Of a stretch of 64,000 nt of DNA, positions 23,582 through 33,355 are shown piece after piece (positions within the stretch are counted from its first letter, which is position 1; each line of letters opens with the position of its first letter). This DNA is from Macrostomum lignano (lineage: Eukaryota). Below the pieces are notes generated by a model. It did no database searches and was not told where the DNA came from. It was given only the letters and a program-made list of their open reading frames with translations. A program made the translations under genes and the position numbers. The stretch is from NCBI GenBank assembly GCA_002269645.1, contig NIVC01002389.1, positions 97,882 through 161,881 of the forward strand, written 5' to 3'.

Positions 23582-23899
23582 ATGATAATGGAAACATTCG
23601 ACTCACATGAAAGTTTGTTTGATGTTCTCGCCTCACCGAAATATTCCATCAGCTTTAAACGTCTGTTGATCAGAGCGGGTCCAAAAGCAGTACATGAATT
23701 TCTCATTGAGGCCTGCTATAACCTATTGCAAAACACTCTGTCGTTCTCACTCACTGAAAAGGCAGCGCTAGTGAAGCAAAAGCAAATAATCCGCAAAATT
23801 TCTACACATAGAAGAGCTGCGGATCTGCTAAATACGGGTTTTATCAAAATTCTCTACATTCTAATAAAGCTAGTGAAGAAAAAGAAACAAAATGAATAA
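23582..23899 (+). CDS. Conserved small Polinton protein of unknown function
   Basis: LIEACYNLLQNTL...KAALVKQKQIIRKI pattern and its position after the ATPase; first ATG at 23582. Confidence 0.65.
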   Translation: MIMETFDSHESLFDVLASPKYSISFKRLLIRAGPKAVHEFLIEACYNLLQNTLSFSLTEKAALVKQKQIIRKISTHRRAADLLNTGFIKILYILIKLVKKKKQNE

Positions 23900-24584
23900 G
23901 TTCTCAGAAATGGTTCTGATCCCCAAGTCAGAATACGACATGCTCACACAGAATTTGAAGCCAGTTGAGTCTGAACTCGACACTGCTGTGAGATATGCGC
24001 AGAGGAAATGCAATGATATTTTGCTTGCCGAGGATTGCCCAGACGATGTGAAAGCTGCCATGTACCATGATGCGATGAAGAGTTTGCTGGCCAAGCGCAA
24101 GCGGACTGGAAAGGATGATGCGGTACCTGCGAGTGATGCAAAGATGCTGAAAACTGATATTGCACCAAGCAGCTGGGGGGAAAAGATCACCCAATCCGTG
24201 CCGCAGAAGTTTAAAGCGAGAGCCCGCAGTCTATGGGCCATCCTATCTGGCAATCCTTCTCTGATTCGGGTGTCCGAAAATGGCGAGGCGCAAATTTGTG
24301 GGAAGACAATACCCTCCTCAAACATCCTGGATTTGTTTCACAGTGCCGTGAGGGATTCGAAATGTGCCAGCGAGCCGGTGGGCTGGAGTGAGTTTGTCTC
24401 ATTGCTCCAAGATAAAAAGCTTAACATCCCAGCTTCGGCCATAGGAAAGTCAGTTAGGCAGCTAATTTCTAAACCTGCTGTTTCTCCAGAGGCCGCCCCT
24501 GCTCATCATACAGTTAAAGGATTCGGGAGTGGGAGAGCTTGGCTACAGCTGAACAGGAAAAAACTATTTAAGAAGGGGAACTGA
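23892..24584 (+). CDS. Conserved Polinton protein of unknown function (possible virion protein)
   Basis: MVLIP N-terminal motif, ENGE...GKTIPSSNILDLF, and C-terminal VKGFG (possible protease site) followed by W; overlaps the upstream ORF by 8 nt. Confidence 0.65.
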   Translation: MNKFSEMVLIPKSEYDMLTQNLKPVESELDTAVRYAQRKCNDILLAEDCPDDVKAAMYHDAMKSLLAKRKRTGKDDAVPASDAKMLKTDIAPSSWGEKITQSVPQKFKARARSLWAILSGNPSLIRVSENGEAQICGKTIPSSNILDLFHSAVRDSKCASEPVGWSEFVSLLQDKKLNIPASAIGKSVRQLISKPAVSPEAAPAHHTVKGFGSGRAWLQLNRKKLFKKGN

Positions 24585-24624
24585 GTCGGCTTCCCGATAT
24601 CAGGCATCTTGAAACCATCCGATC

Positions 24625-25470
24625 ATGAACTATATTGACTTCCAAGGCTTCCCACGCGAGAGATCGAGCAGAGATTTCGTTGTGAAGGAGCTAGCCATTG
24701 CCCAAGTCCGGGCAGGCAGTTACCATATCACTCATCACGTGTACGCCTCTCCGTTCTCATGGGAGCGAATCTCACCTGAGATGCAGGTGCATTACAGAAA
24801 GCTCTCAAAGAATTTGCATCATTTCAAGTGGACAGATGGATCCCGATCGTACATGCATTTGGCAAATGACATTCTAAACATTGCTTACGGCCCCACCTGG
24901 ACAAGCGGGGTGAAAAAGTCCATCTTTCTGACTGAGCTGCTTGGCAGACAGGTGTACAACCTAGAGGATCTGGGATCACCTTTGATTCAAGCATCTGATA
25001 CTGGTTGTGCAGTGAAAAATGTATTGCTCTACTACAACTGGCTGAAGCCAAAGTTCTGTATCAACTTAAGAAGCGAGGTGTGCCCGCACCACTCAAAGGC
25101 TCTCAAAGACAGCACCACTGACAGAAAGGACTCTCTAAATGAGTACACCTGCGACAGCCCTGCGAGTGACCAATCTGGTTGGCGGCGTGGATCTGAGGCT
25201 GGCTGGAGGCAGGGGTGCCCAGTTGCCTCTGCGGGAACTGGCTCTCAGCATGGCTCATGTCATCTATCGCCCCGTCTGGCCCCGAGTGCTCATCAAGAGG
25301 ATGCGGAATCCCAGAGTGACTCTGTTGCTCTATCCGACTGGACAACTGAGTATCTGTGGCGCCCGGAGCTACTCGGCCTCAGTCAAGGCTGCCCGTCGCT
25401 TCGTGGCTATGCTGCATCGCAGAGTTCCGCCTCAACTGCTGCCTCGTCAATCCGTTTGTGTCCGAATTAA
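24625..25470 (+). CDS. Polinton accessory protein, probable RNase H/DEDD-exonuclease-like fold in the first ~140 aa
   Basis: YIDFQGF...FVVKELAI...HHFKWTDG...KSIFL...VYNLEDLG...CAVKNV..YYNWL. The last ~110 codons overlap the TBP-like ORF. Confidence 0.5.
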   Translation: MNYIDFQGFPRERSSRDFVVKELAIAQVRAGSYHITHHVYASPFSWERISPEMQVHYRKLSKNLHHFKWTDGSRSYMHLANDILNIAYGPTWTSGVKKSIFLTELLGRQVYNLEDLGSPLIQASDTGCAVKNVLLYYNWLKPKFCINLRSEVCPHHSKALKDSTTDRKDSLNEYTCDSPASDQSGWRRGSEAGWRQGCPVASAGTGSQHGSCHLSPRLAPSAHQEDAESQSDSVALSDWTTEYLWRPELLGLSQGCPSLRGYAASQSSASTAASSIRLCPN

Positions 25471-25705
25471 GACTATTACTGCTTATGGAAAAATAGACTT
25501 GCCCAAGGCTCTATCACTAAGAAACCTCTGTGAAGTGCTACCGAATGCGAAATATGAACCTGAAAGTTTTACTGCTTTAGTTTGTCAGCTTCAATACTGC
25601 AAGTGTACGCTTTTTCACAATGGCTCATTTGTGCTCAGCGGAGCAAAGTCTAAGCATATGCTACAATCAGACCGTTCCCTATTAGCTTGCTTGCTTTCAA
25701 ACTGA
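25139..25705 (+). CDS. TATA-binding-protein (TBP)-like protein, complete two-repeat core, 188 aa
   Basis: Repeat 1: LRVTNLVGGVDL...RMRNPRVTLLLYPTGQLSICGARS...AARRF (TBP: LQNIVSTVNL...[24 protein letters not shown]...AARKY). Repeat 2: YEPESFTALV...TLFHNGSFVLSGAKS (TBP: YEPELFPGLI...LIFVSGKVVLTGAK). AATAAA signals follow the stop. Confidence 0.85.
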   Translation: MSTPATALRVTNLVGGVDLRLAGGRGAQLPLRELALSMAHVIYRPVWPRVLIKRMRNPRVTLLLYPTGQLSICGARSYSASVKAARRFVAMLHRRVPPQLLPRQSVCVRIKTITAYGKIDLPKALSLRNLCEVLPNAKYEPESFTALVCQLQYCKCTLFHNGSFVLSGAKSKHMLQSDRSLLACLLSN

Positions 25706-26265
25706 AATAAATAAAAAGAAAGAATAAATCGCGGCTTGTTTAATTAAAATATTCAAATTAATTCTCTCTCATGCACTAGCTTTTTTGTCTTCATTTTTAA
25801 TTGCAATGAAAAACCAGTGGTGAACATCTTGTAGAGATAAACAAATAGCAAGCTAAAAGCAAATACGAGCAAGCAGATAAACCACTACAAAAATAGGAAA
25901 AAATAGTCCAAAAGCAGATGGAATATATTAAAACTTATAAAGCAATATCAGGATTCAAAAAACCAACCACAAAGTACAGGTAAAATTAGAAAAAAATAAA
26001 ACTCTCACATGCCATCACCGCAAACACCACCACCACCACTAACGAAGCATTGGTTTCATTATCATCATCGCGCAATTGTAAGTAAATATTGTGAAGCAAA
26101 AAATTGTTGCTAGCCTCAGCAGATGATCAAAGTTTTTATTGCATGCGGAAAAAATCCTATTTAGATTAGCGGTTAACCTTTATTCAATGTCAAAGAAAGA
26201 AACTTTGAAATCGCAAAGAAATTATTGTTTTTGTTTAGCAAGCTTGTTGTACTCATTATTCAATT

Positions 26266-26353
26266 TCAAAGTAGTCGGCGCCGTTTTGATGATTTCTGCT
26301 GCTGTTGCTGCTGCTGCTGTTGTTGTTGTTGTTGTTGTTGTTGCTGCTGTTGC

Positions 26354-26422
<69 letters not shown>

Positions 26423-29400
26423 AGCAGCCGAATGTGACCAAATGGGAGACTATAGTTAGGGCTCAGCCAAGCGCGCTTGTCTTCCCAAATGCTTAAGGCA
26501 CACTTCCGCTGCTGCAAAGTGTACAGTCGGTGATGGATGCTGGCAATACGATGAACAACGACAGAATGGCTGCAGAGCTCATTGAACACCCTTAGGTAGT
26601 CACTGTGAGCCAGCTCTTTCTTAACAATGCATCCTTGAACTCCTTTGGCCTTCTTCTTTTCCGCGGCTTGGCTACTCGCCTTGAATGAGTAAAGCTTCGG
26701 CCTTAGGAGCAGCCACTCCTCAAAGCGAGCACCGGCTGCTTCATCCTTAATGCAGCCAAGTCGCGCTTTTAAATCATTCGAGAATAGCGCGTGCTCTTGA
26801 GGATAGTTTGAAGTGTCGAGCAGCTGCTTCGACTTCAACAGCGGTAGAACTTTAGACTGAACGCTCATGTTGCTGATTGAGAGAAAGAAAGAATCGGTAT
26901 CACCACCGCATAGCTTGATGACACCTCCATCGTTCTCTATCCAGGGCTTCAGTTTGTCGTAAAACAGCTCGTACATAATCATTTTCGAAAAGTCTAGGAC
27001 GCATTGCCCGATAAAAATAGGCCGATCGAGCTTTAATTTTGTCTTTTGCAGTTCCAAAACGCTTAGTGAATCAGTAATTATGATAAAATTGGTAATTGTC
27101 GGCTTGGCAAGCAGTACCTTTACCTTTTCCACGTTGGTGCAGACTCGAATATCACGCCGCTTTCGCACATTCTCCATAGTTTTGCCGAATAGCGCGTTAT
27201 TCTTTAACTTGTAGAAATCCTTTTCGAAGTTGGTTTTCGCTGCAGCCCGCTTCTGGCTATTTTTCTCGACGTAGGCAGCAAAGAGAGGCTCTTGGTGAAA
27301 CTCAATCATGCGATTGATGCGTCTAACCCGCATTCCATGGTTCAGGTAGAACGCCAAAATAGAGGAATGAACCACATAGGAAGGCTTATCGTGACAAGTG
27401 AGCATCAGCTTCTCTGTCGGATGATAGGTGGAGTTCTCCGTACCGACCTTTTCCCACAGCTGCTGCATGTATTCAGGAAATTCCCTGAAATTCGGGGCAG
27501 CCTTTTCCGGTGCAAATGGTAGGTCTTCGGTGGTTTCGTGAATCTCTGGGGGATACTCAAGGTCAACATCAAAGAGGTAGGCGAGTGGATCGGTTAGCTT
27601 GAGTCCTCGAATGCGATCTTCAGTCCACAAAAGCAGCTCATCATCGTCCAGCCAACGGAATCCTCCGACTGGTAAGTTCATAGTGAGCGCCTGTCCATAC
27701 AGGTTGTTTGCATCCACAGCAAGAAGCTCGGTGAGGCCAGCATGAATAGTAGGAGTGCCACCATCAACATCCTCATTGCTGTCAACACCAGTGCTGGCGC
27801 CCGCTGCTGAGGTAGCCTGCACTTTGTGGATGTTAACAAACGACATGCCGCCGCGAATGCCGCGCTCAAACAGCGAATACATCTGCGCATCTGTTAGCAG
27901 TTCAATCCCTGACTTGATGGATTTCAATGCCGAAGCGAATGATAGGCCTGGTGTCGAAATAAAATGGACTGGATCAAGGCCATCCTCTTGCATGCTGATC
28001 TTGCGAAAATTTTCAAAAATATCAGCCAACTGCCTGATGTCGAGCTCGAGGTAGCACAGCATGTACTCTTTTAGATTTGAAACCTGAAATTCTCGCCAGG
28101 CGCGTTGAGCATGCTCATAGTCAGAGTTGGTGCAGTGGCTCTTAGTCAGAGCATTGTAGAAGCTCTCTTGGCTGGGAAGCACGGCATCCTTCAGCACGTC
28201 TGAATTTTTAAGATAGTCATACGGGAAAACTCCCTTGCTGAAAAGCACTTCGGATGATAGCAGTGGGAATCTGCTGCTGCGTAGGCGACTAGTGATACGA
28301 CATTCAGCCTCTGGTAAATTTTTGATGAGCTGTGAGAGGCTGGCATTAAGAAATTGATTCGAATCAATGAACTGAATAGTAAAATTTAAAGGCTTGATCT
28401 TGCCCTCACTCTCATACTCGCCGATTTTAAATTCGATTTTCATCGACAGAAACTGCTCTGGATTCAGAGGGATGACGGAGATTTTCCAACCCTCCATCAG
28501 ACCCAAAGCGGATGACATCATGAGATGGAGATCGTACCCCTTGAAATTGTGGAACACGACGGGAAGGAAAGACCTCTTTAGTCTGGCCTTCATATTACAA
28601 TCAGCACACGCAGCTCCCCGAAATTCTCCGCTGAGGTGGTCGTGATCCCAATGTTTATTGGACCCTTCCGTGAATTCGCTTCTACAATAGCAGCAAGCTG
28701 TGGCTTCTCTGAACTGTCGCCCTGCCATCTCTGTTCTTATCGCTGCTTGTCGACTGAACTCCGTGTTCCAGCCGTAAACTTCACGAGCGAGCTTCTCCAG
28801 CGATTGCAGGAAATCGGAAATGCACTTATTAGGATCGTCGCTGACAAAAGTGCTCACTTTATCATCCGCTCCTCTGGGCGCTAGACCAGTCATCCCTTCT
28901 CTGTGCAGCACGATGTAGCCAGCAGCAACAGCAATGTGCTCAGTTAACTTCTTCGTTGCTATACCAGCAATCGAATCTTCTTGGCATGGAGCATTCAATG
29001 CTTCGAAGTCGGCGTAAACAACAAATGGCGGACTAATTGTTTTTTCCCATGATGAGAATCGGAGAATATTATTCCTTTCATCTGGCAACTCTTCCTTGAC
29101 GTTGATCACTCCAGGTTGACAAGGAGCTCGGCTGTGTTCTTCAAAGGCTGCATCACTATGAAAGGGCAGCAAGCAGCGCTCACACCACTTCCGCCGATGC
29201 AGAGCTGCCTTGCTATTAAGAAGCCTGTTGATGCTTGAAACAGCACACCAATGACCCGAGGCCTCGTCTTCTGATGGTGGAATAAATAAGAGTAGAACAA
29301 CTTCTCGATCTTTAATTGTAGCTGCAGTAGGCAAGCGGAGGACTTGAGCGCTCTCTTTCTCCCAGATGAAAACCGTGAAGCAAAGTCTCGGGTTCAGTCT

Positions 29401-30578
29401 CTCAACAATGGAAAGGTCGGTGACATTGATTGGCAAGTCAATTCCACTCATGTTAAGTTCATCCAGCCAGTCAGTGTAGGAAGACTCGCGTTGCGCTGAT
29501 TTCTTTATTTTGTTGTCTTCCTTGTGCAGAAAAGCAAGGCATGCGTAAAGAAAGCAATTTACACCATTGCTTGGAGGACAAATAACCGCCTTCTTCCGAA
29601 GAAGTGGAGTCGGTAGAATAAATTCCGCAGCATGCCCCGTGTAGTAGGAAACTCGTTCGACGAGAGCTGAGTAAAGTTCAAAAAAATTGATTTTTTCAAT
29701 TATCCAGCCACTACCGTTGGTGTTGTAGACATCGACTTTGCGCTCCAGCTCTGTAAACTGCTGTCTCCACCAATCATCAAACTCCTGTATATCTACCACC
29801 AATCCGAGTTGTGTGCTCATCCATTTATCCTCCCCCTTGACAGCTTCTGACGCCTGCACTCTGACCATGCGCAAATTCAGTTTGATCTGAGCTTTAACAG
29901 AGCAATTATCCGAAGAGTCGAAGCGAATTTCAAGACACTGCTGCACTGCGATTTTGCAGAAATCGAGAAACTCGAATGTTTCAGTGGCAGCTCCAGGTGT
30001 AAATCGATGAACTTGAAGAACATCTTCGTGAGCGCTGGTTTTTAACGCCAGGGTGAATGAAGGTCCTACAATTGAAGAAGGGAAGATAGTATTAAAAATA
30101 TTTATGGAAAGTGGAAATGATGAGAAATGTCTCTGGGAGTTATGGAAGTCGAATATTTTATTGCCCTTTTTTACACTTACGAGTATACTATTTATCCTAC
30201 TACCTTATATCTAGATTTAATATTTTTTTATTAATCAATACGAGCTACGTATAAGTGTAAAAAAAGAATTTGAAGAGTTATTATTGAAGAAATAGATGGA
30301 GTTCTGCTTTCGCATTTTTGTCAATTCATCTAATGAGGAATAAAAATGTCTCATTATTGTGAGTTCTCCGGCTTAATCCTGTTGGGAACCATTTGGGAAT
30401 TGTTGTGTAGGCGAGAAAAATATAAATAATTCCGTTGCTAAGAGACAGGAATGCAACAAACAGAAATGCATGAGTTCATAAAACCAGCAATGGAATGAAA
30501 AAACTTACCACTCGGTCCAAATTCGTGGCTGACAGCTGGGTCCACCGGCTCGTCCTCTTGACTCGATGAGGTGGCCAT
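26266..30578 (-). CDS. Protein-primed family-B DNA polymerase (pPolB); 2 exons (30578-30509, 30065-26266), ~1289 aa
   Basis: Exonuclease motifs YADFE, FHNFKGYD and ELDIRQL; polymerase motifs DANNLYG, KLKNNALFGK, GDTDS, RPKLY and KAKGV; endonuclease-VII-like DHDHLSGEFRGAACADCN. The frame stays open upstream of 29946 through a TTGTAG acceptor, and a phase-1 ATG exon ending G|GTAAGT joins it in frame. Confidence 0.93.
26296..26421. repeat. CAG/CAA trinucleotide tract encoding C-terminal polyQ of pPolB
   Basis: About 42 codons, almost all Gln, immediately after the conserved LPFGH end motif. Confidence 0.95.
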
Positions 30579-31269
30579 TACAGAGAATTAATATTAGAAA
30601 TAGAGCGACATTTAGTGAAGAACTCAATGCTGCTGAAATTCCAGTGTAAAAGTGTTGTTTGATAAATTTAACCCAAGTGCAATTCTGTCAGAGATGTAGT
30701 GGAGTGATAAATTTCCAGCATTCAGAGCTCTATGGAGCAGAAATTGAATCTAACCAAAGTCATGCTTGACAAACCAAATTCATGTCATTCTAAACATTGG
30801 GTATCATAGATCATCAATCCCATATTATACTCATAGAGTTGAGTAGATGCTGTGAACCTAACGGTAATTCTATAAGCGAGTGAACCTATAACTTCTTCGA
30901 AGATATTCACATGATTGAAAAAAAAAAACAAGTAATGAATTCAACAAAGTCCAAGAAAGTGCAAAAGCTTTCATTAAAAGCAACCATCAATCCATTATAT
31001 TTCTGGTAAAGCATTTCGCAATGCAAAAAATCATGCTCGTTAGTCACCCTACTAATTAAAGCTGCTTATTAAAGCTTTATTATAAGAATAAGTTTGAACA
31101 GTAAGCCTAAATTATTTTCTTTTTCACTTTGTTTATGAGAAACCTGTATGAGCACGATGAGGTGCAACGTAATTAGTTAATATTTATGCAGGGTAGAATG
31201 CATTGGTTTTACCCTAAAAATCTACAAATCTCGTTTCCCCTACTTTTAAATACTTTGAACTGGGACACT

Positions 31270-32418
31270 TTAAGAGCTACTTAAGCGAATGCGAGTTCCT
31301 CCCCCAAGGTCAATAAAATACTCGCCCTCGACTCTGCTCGGTAGTACCAGCTGAATGCAGACTGACGGTGGCATCGGTGGCATGGCTTCTACGACTGGGA
31401 TGTCACCGGTTTGGATTTCTGGTGCAGCCGGTGGAGTAGGAGGTTCGAATTCTCGCAGGAGATCGGATAGGCTTGCTTCTGCCATCATTCTGGCTTGCTC
31501 CATATTTTTTCCTGCGACTGGAACAGGCCTGTAGGGTGGCATCTGTTGCTGCTCAGCTTCTTCATTTGCCAGCTCAACAGGCTCCAAATCGACATCCTCG
31601 AAGAAGGCAGTATCCAACTCCGAAGGAGCTGCAAAACCAGTGGAATCGTCAGCTGGGAGGCCGGCATCAGCAGTTGGAAGGCCGGCACTGTCAGCTGGGA
31701 GGCCGGCATCAGTAGTTGGAAGGCCGGCACCGTCAGCTGGGAGGCCAGCATCAGTAGTTGGAAGGCCGGCACCGTCAGCTGGGAGGCCGGCATCAGTAGT
31801 TGGAAGGCCGGCACCGTCAGCTGGGAGGCCGGCATCAGTAGTTGGAAGGCCGGCACCGTCAGCTGGGAGGCCGGCATCAGTAATTGGAAGGCCGGCACCG
31901 TCAGCTGGGAGGCCGGCATCAGTAGTTGGAAGGCCGGCACCGTCAGCTGGGAGGCCGGCATCAGCAGCTGGCGCAGCGGTTGAACCAAAAAAATCTGATT
32001 GCTGCTCCACAGCGGCAAGTGCAGCGGCAAGCAGATCAAAGTTTGCATCGGTAGCGTGCTGAAAATCTTCATCAGGCTGCTGAAAGACGCCCTGAATTGT
32101 CTGGCTGAGTGCGCTGACCGGTGCTCGACTGCGCTCGATAATGTTGAGCTGCTCTTGACGCTGGGCAGCCTCCAAGGCAGCAAAGCGGGCTCGTTTTAAA
32201 TCTCCAGGTGAGCTCCAGTTAATAATAATGTGGTTTTTGTGAGCTCGAACTTGCTGGCGCACATTAAAGAGCTCACGCGTCTGGCACTCGTGGCAAAGCA
32301 GCCAGCGACTGACATTGCAGCTGCTTTTCATTTTGTGACGTTTTAAGCCACCGAGCTCACATGAGTTGCAGGAAATGCATACCTCGTACACATATGAAGG
32401 GCAGCGCGATTTATTCAT
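31270..32418 (-). CDS. Polinton accessory protein: Cys-rich N-terminus with LxCxE, 14-aa repeat, acidic/Pro-rich C-terminus
   Basis: 382-aa ORF starting with ATG. CISC/CHEC pairs, LLCHE at aa 40-44, (ADGAGLPTTDAGLP)n, and LSDLL near the C-terminus. Confidence 0.7.
   Translation of the reverse strand: MNKSRCPSYVYEVCISCNSCELGGLKRHKMKSSCNVSRWLLCHECQTRELFNVRQQVRAHKNHIIINWSSPGDLKRARFAALEAAQRQEQLNIIERSRAPVSALSQTIQGVFQQPDEDFQHATDANFDLLAAALAAVEQQSDFFGSTAAPAADAGLPADGAGLPTTDAGLPADGAGLPITDAGLPADGAGLPTTDAGLPADGAGLPTTDAGLPADGAGLPTTDAGLPADGAGLPTTDAGLPADSAGLPTADAGLPADDSTGFAAPSELDTAFFEDVDLEPVELANEEAEQQQMPPYRPVPVAGKNMEQARMMAEASLSDLLREFEPPTPPAAPEIQTGDIPVVEAMPPMPPSVCIQLVLPSRVEGEYFIDLGGGTRIRLSSS
31648..31966. 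repeat. In-frame 42-bp (2x21-bp) coding tandem repeat
   Basis: GTCAGCTGGGAGGCCGGCATCAGTAGTTGGAAGGCCGGCACC, about 7.5 copies. Confidence 0.95.
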
Positions 32419-32559
32419 TCCAAATTTTTTAATGTTTGAATAGAAAAATCAAATTGAAGTTAAATTCAAATTAGAAGTAGAAACTTATGTCCCGTATTCA
32501 AGTATACGGTGTCTTATATACCTCGCTTATTCGAATCTGTGTTAATAAAAACATAGCCG

Positions 32560-32605
32560 CTATGTTTACAGCTTAGCTATGTTTACAGCTTAGCTATGTT
32601 TACAG
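32560..32605. promoter_or_regulatory. Triple forkhead-type motif repeat (17-bp period)
   Basis: CTATGTTTACAG at 32560, 32577 and 32594, 140-190 nt upstream of the ATG at 32418. Confidence 0.45.
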
Positions 32606-33226
32606 TCAGTAACCCAGCCGTCTCAGAAACCGGTTTTTTAAAATAATTTTATTAGAAAACCCAGATACAGAGCCTCTATTGAAAGCATACATGTACAAAA
32701 GTTCCTTTGCACTTGCCGCCAACTGGAACTCCCGACCAGACTGGGGAGCAATAAAACTGATAATTATTGAGCGTCCAATTCCATTTAGCAACACACCCAC
32801 CACCCCAAGAAAGGGGGAGATGCTTGGCTATTATAATCTTATTAAAGCAGCATCTTGTTATTGAAACTTTTGCCTAATTAATAGGCAAAAGTTTCAATTA
32901 ATTCCAAAATTCCAAAATCCTTAAATTCCAAAATCAAGTGATTTTTCAACAGTTGGTAGCTCAAATTTTAGACATGAATTGCAAATTGATTTTATTGTAA
33001 TCATTGAAATAAAGACACGCCCCTCCTCCTTTTACGATACCCGATGGAATATTAAATGTCATTCAGAAGCAAAGCATTGCCTGGTTTTATGAACCGAACC
33101 GCCTGTGTCCGTCGTAGCAGAACACGCATTTGCCAATACTCATTCATTGCGGTTAACGGAATTCCCGCGGAGCCCCAACCCATTCGCAAATACTTGCACC
33201 AATGTACTCTCACTAGGAGGTCTCAC

Positions 33227-33355
33227 GGAATTTCCATGGCCTGCCCTGCGGCAGAGTCGCTCAATGGATTTACATAGGCCCGTATGTTCACTCACTAGGG
33301 CCCATGGCTTTTCCACGGAGGTTCCTGCGGCGGAGTTCTGTTGTCCCATACTACT
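33227..33355 (-). repeat. Right terminal inverted repeat of the Polinton
   Basis: Ends ...CCCATACTACT and is followed by the TSD TACCTG. Confidence 0.95.

Larger units (their letters stand above)
17430..33355. mobile_element. Complete Polinton/Maverick (endogenous adintovirus-like element), 15,926 bp
   Basis: Starts AGTAGT and ends ACTACT; 129-bp TIRs; identical 6-bp TSD TACCTG at 17424-17429 and 33356-33361. Contains pPolB, rve integrase, FtsK/A32 ATPase, adenain-like protease, and major and minor capsid genes. Confidence 0.97.

Noticed and set aside
30600-31000. Coding-like stretch on the minus strand between polB exon 1 and the 382-aa ORF
   Set aside because: The best frame contains internal stops and no recognisable motif.
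32606-32864. Two short ORFs near the right TIR
   Set aside because: Under 70 aa, non-ATG or weak starts, on opposite strands, no motifs.
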